Below the pieces are notes generated by a model. That model searched no databases. It was given only the letters and a program-made list of their open reading frames with translations, and was not told the DNA's origin. A stretch of DNA of 64,000 bases. Source: an uncultured Christensenellaceae bacterium. GTDB taxonomy: Bacteria; Bacillota; Clostridia; Christensenellales; UMGS416. This document shows positions 44,740 through 54,438 of this stretch, piece by piece; position 1 is the first letter of the stretch, and each line of letters begins with the position of its first letter. The stretch covers positions 97,361-161,360 of the forward strand of contig CALWDW010000006.1 of NCBI GenBank assembly GCA_944376795.1, in the 5' to 3' direction. Made by a program: the position numbers and the translations under genes.

Positions 44740-46014
44740 CTACTCCTCCAGCGCTCCCCGGAAGAAGGCCGCAGCCTCCGCCAGGGGAATATTGCATTCC
44801 TGACTCGTTTTCATATCCTTGACGTGGAGCACGCCCTCCGCCAGCTCATTATCACCCAGCACGCCCACAAAGCGGCAGCCCGTTTTATCGGCGTATTTGA
44901 ACTGAGCCTTGAGGGAACGGCCCATATGATCGGTATCCACCGCCAGACCGGCCGACCGCAGGTCCTGAGCCAGAGAAAAGGCCTTCTCTTTAGCCACTTC
45001 TCCCATGGGCGCCAGGTAGACATCCAGCAGCGGCGGCTCCTCCATAGGCATATCTCCATACTTCTCCAAGGCGATGAGCAGCCGCTCCATACCCATGCCA
45101 AAACCAATTCCCGGGGTTGCCGCGCCGCCAATCTCCTCAATCAGCCGGTCGTAGCGCCCACCGCCGCAGACCGTGCTCTGGGCTCCAATCTGGGGCGCAA
45201 TGATCTCAAAGACCGTGCGGGTGTAGTAGTCCAGCCCCCGCACCAGCCGGGGATTGACCCGATAGGTGACGCCAGTATCCCGCAAATATCCCTGCAGGGC
45301 TGTAAAATGGGCCTGGCATTCCTCGCACAAGGCCTCCTGTACGCTGGGCGCGCCGGCCACCACGCCCTGGCAGATCTCGCTCTTGCAGTCAAAGATGCGC
45401 AGGGGATTGCGCTCCAGTCGCCCTTGACATGTGGGGCACAACGTCTCCCGGTGCTCCCCAAAGTAAGCGCGCAGCTTGTCCATGTAGGCCGGACGGCACT
45501 TGGGACAGCCAATGGAGTTGAGGTGCACCTCCAGCCCGTGAATCCCCAGGGACTCAATGACGCGCAGGGCCAGCAAAATCACTTCCGCATCCATCGACGG
45601 CTGCTCGGCGCCAAAGACCTCCACGCCGAACTGGTGATGCTCCCGCAGGCGGCCGGCCTGGGGCTGCTCATAGCGGAAGACCGGCGAATACAGGTAGTAC
45701 ATCTTCACCGGCATGGGCAGGTTGGCTAGGCCTTTCTCCACGAAGGTCCGGGCAACCCCCGCCGTGCCCTCGGGCTTCAGCGTAATGGAGCGGCCGCCCT
45801 TGTCCTCAAAGGTATACATTTCCTTCTGGACAATGTCAGTGGTTCCCCCCACGCCCCGCAGGAATAGCTCGGTGTGCTCAAAGGTGGGCACCCGCACCTC
45901 CCGGAAGCCGAATCGACGGCAAGTCTCCCGCATACAATCCTCGATGGCTTGCCAGCGGTAGCTGTCCTGCGGCAGCACTTCTCCCACGCCCTTAGGCGCT
46001 TTGGTTATCAGCAT
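44740..46014 (-). CDS. hisS: Histidine--tRNA ligase
   Basis: PKGVGEVLP, MYTFEDKGGRSITLKPEGTA, YYLYSPVFRYEQPQAGRLREHHQFG and GGGRYD. Start at ATG 46014 after GGAGGA. Confidence 0.95.
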   Translation of the reverse strand: MLITKAPKGVGEVLPQDSYRWQAIEDCMRETCRRFGFREVRVPTFEHTELFLRGVGGTTDIVQKEMYTFEDKGGRSITLKPEGTAGVARTFVEKGLANLPMPVKMYYLYSPVFRYEQPQAGRLREHHQFGVEVFGAEQPSMDAEVILLALRVIESLGIHGLEVHLNSIGCPKCRPAYMDKLRAYFGEHRETLCPTCQGRLERNPLRIFDCKSEICQGVVAGAPSVQEALCEECQAHFTALQGYLRDTGVTYRVNPRLVRGLDYYTRTVFEIIAPQIGAQSTVCGGGRYDRLIEEIGGAATPGIGFGMGMERLLIALEKYGDMPMEEPPLLDVYLAPMGEVAKEKAFSLAQDLRSAGLAVDTDHMGRSLKAQFKYADKTGCRFVGVLGDNELAEGVLHVKDMKTSQECNIPLAEAAAFFRGALEE

Positions 46015-46065
46015 ACATATCCTCCTATCCAGTGCGCGACCCCGGAGCATTCCGGGCGCGGCAAG

Positions 46066-47514
46066 CTAATCCTCGGTAAAAAAGCGGCGCTTCTCCTCCA
46101 AAAGCCGGTCCAAGTTCTCCAGGTAGTAGGCCGGGTTCTTGGGGTGGGGAAAACGCTCGTGGCGGTTTTCCGCATAGTACATGCGCTTGGAGATGGCGCC
46201 CGCCCCCATGGCGACAATGGAGTGGGTCTCCTCCATCATATCAATATTGTAGACACAGACTCTTCCAGGAGCGGCATAGCCCACATTCTCTAGGTTGCCG
46301 GTCATGTGCTTCTGGCGGTACATGTAGTAGGGGCGCATCCCCATCTCCCGGGCACAGGCCGCGCCAAGCTCCACCATGGCCGCCGTCTCCTCGTCCCCGG
46401 GAAGTACATAGCGCTCAGGAAACTCGTGAAGCTTAGACGAACGCTTCACCGCCAGGGTATGCACCGTCAGGTTATCGATGGGCATCTCTCGTACCTGGCG
46501 CAGGGTATCCTCCACCTGGGAAAGGCCCTCTCCCGGCAGCCCCATGATCAGGTCGGCATTGACGCTGGAAAAGCCCAGTCTTTGTGCCTCATCCAGTACC
46601 TGAATCACCTGAGCCGGGGTATGATCCCTGCCGATCAGGCGGAGGGTATCCGCCTGCATGGTCTGGGGATTGACGCTGATGCGCCCGACCCCCGCGTTCC
46701 GGAGCATGGGCAGCATCCCGTCTCCCATAGTATCCGGACGGCCGGCTTCCACCGTCCACTCCTCCGTCTCAGGAAAGGCATGGGCCAAGGCGTCCAGAAC
46801 GCGTCCCAGCCGCTGCGTGCCGATACTGGAAGGGGTTCCGCCTCCCACATAGAGGGTCCTCACTCTTTTTCCCAGATCCCGGATCAACGCCGCGGTCACA
46901 GCAATATCCCGCAGCACGGCCTCCACATAGGGATCCAGCAGCGCACGCATGGAGGCGTGAGAGAGGTCTGTACTGACAAAGGAACAGTATAGGCAGCGGG
47001 TACGGCAGAAGGGAATCCCCAAGTAGACATCCACCGCGTCCTTCTCTCCCCATCGGTAATAGGGGGCTTGAGACGCAATTACGTCGGACAGAAGCTCCGC
47101 CTTTGCTGGAGAGACGTCAAACACCTCCACCAGGGCCCGCTGGGCCTGAGCGTCGCTTCCCAGCTCCTGGGCCAGCTGCCGATAGAGCTTAGTGGGGCGG
47201 ATACCCGTCAAGGAACCCCAGGGCGGAGCCATGCCGGTAGCCTCCCGAAGCAGACGATAGAGCGCCAGCTTGGCAGCACGGCGTTGCAGCCGCAGCGTGA
47301 GAATCGGATCCTCCGCATCCTCCGCCGCCCGGCGATCTTCCCGCACAAACCGTCCCTGGGGGGCGTCAAGCGTGAAGCGCTGCACCCACTGCCCGTCTTC
47401 CTCCAGGAAATCGTGCAGCAGGCTGCCCTCCCGCTCCTCAGCCGGATAAAACAGGCGCAGCATATCCTCCAGGTCATGGGCCAGCGGCGAACGATTGGTA
47501 GTAAGTCCGATCAT
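46066..47514 (-). CDS. Radical-SAM coproporphyrinogen-dehydrogenase-like protein (HemZ/HemN family)
   Basis: Radical SAM motif CRTRCLYCSF, then GGGTPS, with an N-terminal extension of about 160 aa as in HemZ. ATG 47514 forms an ATGA overlap with the upstream stop. Confidence 0.8.
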   Translation of the reverse strand: MIGLTTNRSPLAHDLEDMLRLFYPAEEREGSLLHDFLEEDGQWVQRFTLDAPQGRFVREDRRAAEDAEDPILTLRLQRRAAKLALYRLLREATGMAPPWGSLTGIRPTKLYRQLAQELGSDAQAQRALVEVFDVSPAKAELLSDVIASQAPYYRWGEKDAVDVYLGIPFCRTRCLYCSFVSTDLSHASMRALLDPYVEAVLRDIAVTAALIRDLGKRVRTLYVGGGTPSSIGTQRLGRVLDALAHAFPETEEWTVEAGRPDTMGDGMLPMLRNAGVGRISVNPQTMQADTLRLIGRDHTPAQVIQVLDEAQRLGFSSVNADLIMGLPGEGLSQVEDTLRQVREMPIDNLTVHTLAVKRSSKLHEFPERYVLPGDEETAAMVELGAACAREMGMRPYYMYRQKHMTGNLENVGYAAPGRVCVYNIDMMEETHSIVAMGAGAISKRMYYAENRHERFPHPKNPAYYLENLDRLLEEKRRFFTED

Positions 47515-48146
47515 AGAGCCCACCCAAGGAAGGCCAATGCCTGCCGAATCCGCCCCATGCGGCCGGATGGGCCATGACCCGGATAAACCTCCAGATCCGC
47601 TGGAAGAGCCGTCAGCCGCGCAACCGAGCGGCGCAACGTTTCCTCATCCCCGCCAGGAAAATGAGTTGCCCCCACTGTATCCCGGAAAAGGGTATCTCCG
47701 GAAAAGAGAGCCCCTCCGCACAGGAAGCACAGACAGCCTGGCGTATGCCCCGGCGTCGCCAGGACGCGGATCTCCATCTGCCCCAGCGGCAGGATATCCC
47801 CCTCCCCGACCTGCCGGTCGGCTGGGATCCTTGGCGGGCACGCCTCCATACCGCGTCCCATGTTCTCCACGTCGTCGGTGAGCTTTATGGCGTCCTGGGC
47901 GCTGACACATACAATAGCGCCAGTAGCCTTCTTGGCCTCCTTCAGCGTGCCGATGTGGTCATAGTGGCCGTGGGTAATAAGGATCCACTCCACGGAAACC
48001 CCAAGGGCTTGGGCCTGCTTCCACAGGGTTTCGGCCCCCAAGTCGGGATCCACCAAGGCCCCCTTCCGGGTTTCCGGGTCATAGAAAAGATAGCTCCTGC
48101 CGTCAAACCGGCTTGTTGTATGGGAAAGGATCTGGGGCTTGGCCAC
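47511..48146 (-). CDS. MBL-fold metallo-hydrolase (glyoxalase II-like)
   Basis: ITHGHYDHIG (HxHxDH), TPGHTPG and a late DTLF...H motif. GTG start 7 nt after GGAGGTG. Confidence 0.85.
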   Translation of the reverse strand: MAKPQILSHTTSRFDGRSYLFYDPETRKGALVDPDLGAETLWKQAQALGVSVEWILITHGHYDHIGTLKEAKKATGAIVCVSAQDAIKLTDDVENMGRGMEACPPRIPADRQVGEGDILPLGQMEIRVLATPGHTPGCLCFLCGGALFSGDTLFRDTVGATHFPGGDEETLRRSVARLTALPADLEVYPGHGPSGRMGRIRQALAFLGWAL

Positions 48147-48596
48147 CTAGAAGCACCTCCTGCTGTCCAAAAGTATGGTCACCGGGCCATCGTTGACAAG
48201 CTCAACCTGCATATCGGCCTGGAAGACTCCGGTCTCTACCGGAATTTCCTGCTCCCGAAGCCATTCCACCGCCCGGAGATACCAGGCATTGGCCTCCTCA
48301 GGCCGGGCAGCTTGAATGAAGCTGGGGCGACGACCCTTCCGAGCGTCTCCCAGCAGGGTAAACTGGGAAACCATCAGCACCGATCCCCCAATATCCTGAA
48401 GGGAAAGATTCATTTTCCCTTCCGCATCCTCAAAAACCCGCAGGCCTGCCACCTTCTGGCAGATATACTCCATATCCGCCTGCCCGTCGCCCTCCTGGAC
48501 GCCCAGCAGCACCATAAAGCCCCGGCCAATCGCCCCGGTTACGCGTCCCTCCACTGAAACGCCAGCACGGGTCACCCGCTGCACCACTGCTCGCAT
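48147..48596 (-). CDS. dtd: D-aminoacyl-tRNA deacylase
   Basis: MRAVVQRV...V...[11 protein letters not shown]...SQFTL...GRRPSF...NDGPVT is the canonical Dtd sequence. 149 aa. Confidence 0.9.
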   Translation of the reverse strand: MRAVVQRVTRAGVSVEGRVTGAIGRGFMVLLGVQEGDGQADMEYICQKVAGLRVFEDAEGKMNLSLQDIGGSVLMVSQFTLLGDARKGRRPSFIQAARPEEANAWYLRAVEWLREQEIPVETGVFQADMQVELVNDGPVTILLDSRRCF

Positions 48597-48608
48597 GGCA
48601 ATCCCCCT

Positions 48609-50774
48609 CTACGGATTTACCCGACTGACCTTCAGCATTTCGGGCATCTTCTTAAACTGCTTAATCAAGTTCTCCAGCTGGACTTTGCTGTTGATCTCCA
48701 CCGTCAGCGAGATCACCACCACGCTGTTGCGCACCAGGCGGGCATTGATGGCCACAAGCTTGGTATTCATAGACTGGATGGTGTTGGAAATATCCACCAG
48801 CATCCGGTCCTTCTCCACCGCCTCCAGATGCAGCTCCGCCTGGTAGCTGGACTTCTCGTCGGTTACCCATTCCACTTCAATGAAGCGGTCAGGATCCGCC
48901 TCCAGGTCCTTCAGATTGGAGCAGTCCGCCCGGTGTACGGATACGCCGCGTCCCCGGGTAATGAACCCAATGATTTTATCCTGGGGCACGGGAGAGCAGC
49001 AACGGGCAAAACGCACCAGCATGCCCTCTTCCCCCTTGACAATTACGCCGCTGCTCCCCGATCCGCCGGATTTGGGCCTGGCAGTGGAAGGTACGGATTC
49101 CTCGTCCGCCGCCTCCTCCCGGGCGCGGGTCTCGGCACGATAGAGCTCCTGCAGCTTGGAGAGGATTTGCCCGGTGGATATGCCTCCATAGCCAATGGCG
49201 CTGTACATATCGTCCAGAGAACTAATAGTGTACTTTTCGAACAAGGGCGTCAGCCACTCATTGCGCAGCAACGCGGAAGGCGGAATGCCGATCCGCTTGC
49301 ACGCGGCGTCGAACATACTCTTACCCTTCTCGATATTTTCCTCCCGGCGCTCTTTTTTCAGCCAGGTGCGGATTTTGTTACGGGCCTGGGGGGTTTTCGC
49401 CAAGGTCAGCCAGTCATAGCTGGGGCCCTTAGCCGCGTTGCTGGTAATAATCTCCACAATATCGCCGGTCTGCAGGGGCACATCCAGCTGCACCATCCGG
49501 CCGTTCACTTTTGCGCCGATGCACTTGTTGCCGACTTCTGAATGGATTCGGTAGGCGAAGTCGATAGGATTGGCGCCGCTGGGGAGCTCCACCACGCGGC
49601 CCTTGGGAGTAAATACGAAGACCTCATCACTGAAAAGGTCCACCTTCAGTGTATTGATGAAGTCCAGAGAGTCGCTCGTCTCGTTCTGCCACTCCAGCAC
49701 CCGGCGCAGCCACTGCAGCTTCTCATCCAGGTCGTTGGAATCCTGGCGCTGCTCCTTATACTTCCAGTGGGCGGCGATGCCGTACTCTGCGCTGCGGTGC
49801 ATCTCCCAGGTGCGGATCTGTACCTCAAAGGGGATCCCCCGCGGGCCCACCAAAGTGGTATGCAACGACCGGTACATGTTGCTTTTGGGCACAGCGATGT
49901 AGTCCTTCACCCGGCCGGGGATGGGCTTCCACAGGGTATGGACGATGCCCAGGGCGGCATAGCAGTCGCTCTCAGTATCCACGATAATGCGCACGGCGGT
50001 TAGGTCATAGATCTGGTCAAAGGTCTTATCCTGGTCGTGCATCTTCTTGTAAATGGAATAATAGTGCTTGGGCCGGCCATCAATGGTGCAGTGAATCCCT
50101 GCTTCGGACAGTTTCTCCTGCAGGATAGAGATGGTTTGATTGACCAGATCCTCCCTCTCCCGGCGGTGGGCTGCCACCAAGACCTCCAGTTCCCGGTACG
50201 CGGTGGGATTCAGGGCCTTGAAGGAAAGATCCTCCAGCTGCCACTTGACGGCATACATACCCAGCCTGGAAGCCAGCGGCGCGTAAATATCCAAGGTCTC
50301 CTTGGCAATGCGCATCTGCTTTTCCCGGGTACACGCCCCAATGGTGCGCATATTATGCAGCCGGTCGGCTAAACGAATCAGCACCACGCGGATGTCCTTG
50401 GCCATAGCCAGAAGCATCTTGCGCAGGCTTTCCGCCTGCTGCTCCTCCTTGGAGTTAAATTCCAAGCGGCTGATCTTGGTCACGCCGTCCACCATCTCGG
50501 CGATTTCCTGGCCAAACTCTTGGGCCAACTCCTCCTTGGTGGTGGTGGTATCCTCCACCACATCGTGCAGCAGGCCTGCCGCCATAGTAGAGGCGTCCAT
50601 GCCCATGCTGCACAGTATTTTGGCCACCTCACAGGGATGCACGATATAGGGATCCCCCGACTCGCGGATCTGCCCTTCATGCGCATGCTTTGCAAAGCTG
50701 TATGCCTTTTCCACCAGCTTCATGTCGATTTTCGGCTGCTCTTTGCGTACAAAGTCCAAAAAATCGTCCTGCAA
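48609..50774 (-). CDS. relA: Bifunctional (p)ppGpp synthetase/hydrolase, RelA/SpoT family
   Basis: HD domain (HLLHDVVEDT), synthetase domain (YRSLHTT, PFEVQIRT), then TGS and ACT C-terminal domains. I prefer the TTG start at 50774, 6 nt after AAGGAGG, over the track start at 50846. Confidence 0.9.
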   Translation of the reverse strand: MQDDFLDFVRKEQPKIDMKLVEKAYSFAKHAHEGQIRESGDPYIVHPCEVAKILCSMGMDASTMAAGLLHDVVEDTTTTKEELAQEFGQEIAEMVDGVTKISRLEFNSKEEQQAESLRKMLLAMAKDIRVVLIRLADRLHNMRTIGACTREKQMRIAKETLDIYAPLASRLGMYAVKWQLEDLSFKALNPTAYRELEVLVAAHRREREDLVNQTISILQEKLSEAGIHCTIDGRPKHYYSIYKKMHDQDKTFDQIYDLTAVRIIVDTESDCYAALGIVHTLWKPIPGRVKDYIAVPKSNMYRSLHTTLVGPRGIPFEVQIRTWEMHRSAEYGIAAHWKYKEQRQDSNDLDEKLQWLRRVLEWQNETSDSLDFINTLKVDLFSDEVFVFTPKGRVVELPSGANPIDFAYRIHSEVGNKCIGAKVNGRMVQLDVPLQTGDIVEIITSNAAKGPSYDWLTLAKTPQARNKIRTWLKKERREENIEKGKSMFDAACKRIGIPPSALLRNEWLTPLFEKYTISSLDDMYSAIGYGGISTGQILSKLQELYRAETRAREEAADEESVPSTARPKSGGSGSSGVIVKGEEGMLVRFARCCSPVPQDKIIGFITRGRGVSVHRADCSNLKDLEADPDRFIEVEWVTDEKSSYQAELHLEAVEKDRMLVDISNTIQSMNTKLVAINARLVRNSVVVISLTVEINSKVQLENLIKQFKKMPEMLKVSRVNP

Positions 50775-50922
50775 CGTGAACCTCCTTATCTCTGACCTCA
50801 ATCTGCCTGGCCGGATCATGGGACGGACTGGCACGGGGGGCCTCATTTCATTCCAAGGGAATGCAGACTGCGCCAGGTCTTTCGGGACCTACCCGCCCGA
50901 AGCAGCCGGGAGAACGGATCCC

Positions 50923-53373
50923 CTAGAGCTCCCGGCCGGCCAAAGCCGCCATATCCCGCCAGAGGGGGCTCTGATCCAGCTGGGTATGGGGCGGGGTCTC
51001 CCGCACCGCGTAGTACGGCGGCTGTGCCAGGGTCTGCATCAATCCCAATTCCTCCAAGACTTCCAGTGCCAGCGTTGCCTTCCAAGGCGGCACGCCGGCC
51101 GCTCTGGCAAGCTCCTCCAGCGCGGCATCCCGACTTTCACCATGGATTCCCAGGCGAAGCGTCCTACGGAAGGCAGTGTAAGCGGCGCGCATGGACGCTG
51201 TATTCCAGGGGGAATCCCCCTGGAAAGGTGCCAAGCCTAAATTGTTACCTTCCATTATAACGCCGAAATGCACATCGCGCAATTGTTTTGCCAGGAAATT
51301 TCGGGTTTGCGGGCCCATGGCTCCATCCAGCAGCAGGATGCGGCTGTATCCTTGCACAGACAGCGTCTCCCACTGGGGAGCAAGCAGGAGCGCATTCTGC
51401 CCCGACGGCACCTCCCGTAGGTCTCCCCAGGCAACGGTAAAATTCTCCCGCACCGTTTCATACCGCGGGTCACCAAGGAAGATGCTTGCAGCCTCATAAG
51501 TACAGGCCACCATCAGCAGCCCGATAGCCCGCCTGCGCGCCATCGTCCAAAACTGTCGCACGGTGAGAGGGATCGGATCTCCGGCGCATCCCTCCGTTTG
51601 AGAAAGCAGCAGCTGGCGGAAATAACTGCGCTCCATCCGGTTCCTCTGTCTTTCCAGGGACTGCAGCAAATCTTCGGCACGATTCTCCCCGCACAGCGCC
51701 TGGATCACGGCCTGGAGCCGGCCCTGCCCGCGGTATTCGTTGATCTGCAGCGTCAGCAATACGCGATAGTGCTGGACATCCAGGGCGCCCGCCTCCGGCG
51801 GCTCCTGTCGAAAAGCTACGGCCGGCACCTGAGCGCCGTCCTGTACCATCAGTGTCCGGAAATGGGTTCCTTCCTTCCCCATCCGTTCGGTTCCAAGAAG
51901 CTGAACCCCTTCCGCTAAAAACACGGGCGTAGGGTTGCCCATCCCCATAGGTTCCAGTCGCCGCAGCTGCGCGGCCAATTCCTGGGTGGCCTCCCCCAGA
52001 GGCAGTATGGCGTCATAAACCTTGCACGGGACGAAGAGCTCTTCCTCCAACGCGTCCAGTGCGGCGCAGAATTTCTCGCGAAATTCGGTCAGGTGTTCGC
52101 GGGTCACGGCCATGCCGGCCGCCTGCTCATGCCCGCCGTATCGCAGGAAACACTCCCGGCACCGGGTAAGCACCTCATAGAGATGCACGCCCGGCACCGA
52201 ACGTCCGGAGCCGTAAAAAGCCTCGCCATCTCCTCCCAGCAGCACTGTCGGCCTGTGATAGATCTCTACCAGCCGGGACGCCACAATACCCAGGACGCCG
52301 CTGTTCCACTTCTCGTTCCACAGCACGATGCCACGATCCCGAGCCAGGTCCACCTGGGAGTCCATCATGAGCTGCGCTTCGTAGAGCATTTGCTTCTCCA
52401 CAGTCTGGCGCGCCCGGTTGTTTTCATCCAGTTCCCTAGCAATGGGCTCGGTAACGGAATCCTCGCCGCTGGTCAGCAGCACCACGCTTTTCCCGGCCAG
52501 TTCCATACGTCCGCCGGCATTGATCCGCGGGCCCAGCTGGAATCCAAGATGCCCGGTGTGCAGGCTTCCGGCGGACAGTCCCGCCACACGCATCAGTGCA
52601 GCGATCCCCGGGCGCGGACTGGCGTTGATTGCCTCCAATCCCATACGCACCAGGACCCGGTTCTCGTCCAAAAGCGGCACAAGATCGGCCACCGTAGCCA
52701 GGGCGATGAGGTCAATGCTTTCCAGCATGGCGTCGGTACCCGAAAGCGCCTCCACCAGCTTCCCCGCCACGGCTGCTCCGCACAGTCCTGGAAAAGGATA
52801 GGCCTGGCCCGGCTTTTTAGGGTTCACAATGGCGTCGGCGGGCGGAAGCTCCTCCGGGCACTCATGATGGTCGGTAATGACCACCTTCATCCCCAAAGAC
52901 TTTGCCAGCGCCACCTCTTCCACATTGCTGACGCCGCAGTCCACCGTAATCAAGAGCTTCGTCCCCCGGGCCGCCATTTTCTCCACACTGTGCTTGTGAA
53001 GGCCGTAGCCCTCCATGTGCCGGCTGGGGATCTGGAATTCCACCGAAGGCGCGCCCAACGACCGCAAATGCTCCACCAAAATGGAGGTTGCACAGGTCCC
53101 ATCCACATCGTAGTCACCATAGACAACAATGGGCTCATCCTCCCATAGGCTGGATTCAATACAGTCCACGGCTGCCTGCATACCGTCCAAAGCAAAGGGA
53201 TCGTGCAAAAGCTCCATGCCGCCCGAGAAAAATGCCGCCGCCTGTTCCGGGTTTTCGATTCCCCGCTGGACGAGGCACTGGGCCAGCGGGACGGGCAAGG
53301 ACAGCGCCTCCGCCAGGCGGCTTACCAAGCGAGGATCGAGAGCTTCCCCCTTATATCTTGGTACAAATCGCAT
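50923..53373 (-). CDS. recJ: Single-stranded-DNA-specific exonuclease RecJ
   Basis: DHH motifs (YGDYDVDG, ITVDCG, ITDHH) and DHHA1 (GGHEQAAG). The long C-terminal extension is as in Firmicute RecJ. Start at ATG 53373 after GGGGAGGA. Confidence 0.9.
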   Translation of the reverse strand: MRFVPRYKGEALDPRLVSRLAEALSLPVPLAQCLVQRGIENPEQAAAFFSGGMELLHDPFALDGMQAAVDCIESSLWEDEPIVVYGDYDVDGTCATSILVEHLRSLGAPSVEFQIPSRHMEGYGLHKHSVEKMAARGTKLLITVDCGVSNVEEVALAKSLGMKVVITDHHECPEELPPADAIVNPKKPGQAYPFPGLCGAAVAGKLVEALSGTDAMLESIDLIALATVADLVPLLDENRVLVRMGLEAINASPRPGIAALMRVAGLSAGSLHTGHLGFQLGPRINAGGRMELAGKSVVLLTSGEDSVTEPIARELDENNRARQTVEKQMLYEAQLMMDSQVDLARDRGIVLWNEKWNSGVLGIVASRLVEIYHRPTVLLGGDGEAFYGSGRSVPGVHLYEVLTRCRECFLRYGGHEQAAGMAVTREHLTEFREKFCAALDALEEELFVPCKVYDAILPLGEATQELAAQLRRLEPMGMGNPTPVFLAEGVQLLGTERMGKEGTHFRTLMVQDGAQVPAVAFRQEPPEAGALDVQHYRVLLTLQINEYRGQGRLQAVIQALCGENRAEDLLQSLERQRNRMERSYFRQLLLSQTEGCAGDPIPLTVRQFWTMARRRAIGLLMVACTYEAASIFLGDPRYETVRENFTVAWGDLREVPSGQNALLLAPQWETLSVQGYSRILLLDGAMGPQTRNFLAKQLRDVHFGVIMEGNNLGLAPFQGDSPWNTASMRAAYTAFRRTLRLGIHGESRDAALEELARAAGVPPWKATLALEVLEELGLMQTLAQPPYYAVRETPPHTQLDQSPLWRDMAALAGREL

Positions 53374-53466
53374 CGCAGCATCCTCCCCTCGCCGTAAGGC
53401 GGCAGAATATTTTGTTATTATACAATACCTTTGGGAAAAGCAAAAGCATGGAATTGACAAAACTCT

Positions 53467-53499
53467 ACAAAAAAGTGGCGGGGAACCCTTCCCCGCCAC
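53467..53499 (-). terminator. Rho-independent terminator after secF
   Basis: The minus strand reads GTGGCGGGG-AAGGGTT-CCCCGCCAC followed by TTTTTTGT. A TGTATAAT extended -10 lies downstream at 53424..53417. Confidence 0.65.
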
Positions 53500-53516
53500 G
53501 CTGCCCGAACCGCAGC

Positions 53517-54437
53517 CTATTTCTTCTTACCCGTGTGCCGGTTGGCCTTCGCCAGTTCCGCGCGCCGGTGGAACCAGACCCAGAAGGGTGTAGCCAGCAT
53601 TACCGAAGACCAAACGCCCGCCACCAGACCCACGATGATGGGCAGAGAGAAGTCCTTAATGGATTGCACACCCAGGATGTAAAGGATCACAATCACCACC
53701 AAGGTAGTCACCGTAGTATAAATCGAACGCTTCAGCGTACCGGTTACCGCGCGGTCTGCAACATCGGCCCGCGTCACGCCCTTCTCCCGGTTCTTCATAT
53801 TGTCGCGAACACGGTCGAAAATCACGATAGTGTTATTGATGGAGTAACCCACAATGGTGAGGACCGCGGCAATCAGCGAGCTGTTAATCTGCACCCGGAG
53901 GAGAGCAACCACAGCCAGCATCACCAGCACGTCATGGACCAGGGCCACCAGGGCGGCAATGCCCGACCAGAACTCAAATCGGATGCTGATATAGATCAGC
54001 ATAAGGACACAGGCAATCAGCACCGAAGTAAAGGCATTTCCCACCAGTTCCTGGCTGGCCACGGCGCCCTGCCGGTCGATGCTGATTACCTCAAAGTTCT
54101 CATAGCGTTCCTGCAGCGCGCTCTCCAAATTGGCGCGGGCCGCGTCCTGCTCTTCGGGATCGGCCGAAGCATCCTGGAACTGAATTACAGCCTGGGTGCC
54201 TTCCGAGGTCGCCACGCGAATATCGCTGGTAGAGGCCTGGATATTCTCCCGCACAATGGCTTCCACGTCCGCAGCGGAAAATTCTTCGCCCATATCCACA
54301 TTGTAGATGGTTCCGCCGGAGAAATCTATGCCCAGATTGAACCCGGAAATGCACACGCAGAGGATTCCGGCCAGTATGATCAGCGTAGTGGGGATTACAG
54401 CCCACTTGAAGCTCTTGCAAATCGGCAGCGTCTTCAT
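53517..54437 (-). CDS. secF: Protein translocase subunit SecF
   Basis: GIDFSGGT, six TM helices and NDTIVIFDRVREN-like NNTIVIFDRVRDN. ATG 54437 abuts the secD stop. Confidence 0.9.
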   Translation of the reverse strand: MKTLPICKSFKWAVIPTTLIILAGILCVCISGFNLGIDFSGGTIYNVDMGEEFSAADVEAIVRENIQASTSDIRVATSEGTQAVIQFQDASADPEEQDAARANLESALQERYENFEVISIDRQGAVASQELVGNAFTSVLIACVLMLIYISIRFEFWSGIAALVALVHDVLVMLAVVALLRVQINSSLIAAVLTIVGYSINNTIVIFDRVRDNMKNREKGVTRADVADRAVTGTLKRSIYTTVTTLVVIVILYILGVQSIKDFSLPIIVGLVAGVWSSVMLATPFWVWFHRRAELAKANRHTGKKK

Positions 54438-54438
54438 C

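Noticed and set aside
46015-46065. A T-box leader upstream of hisS/aspS, as in Bacillus
   Set aside because: The spacer is only 51 nt and contains no GGGTGGTACCGCG-type sequence.
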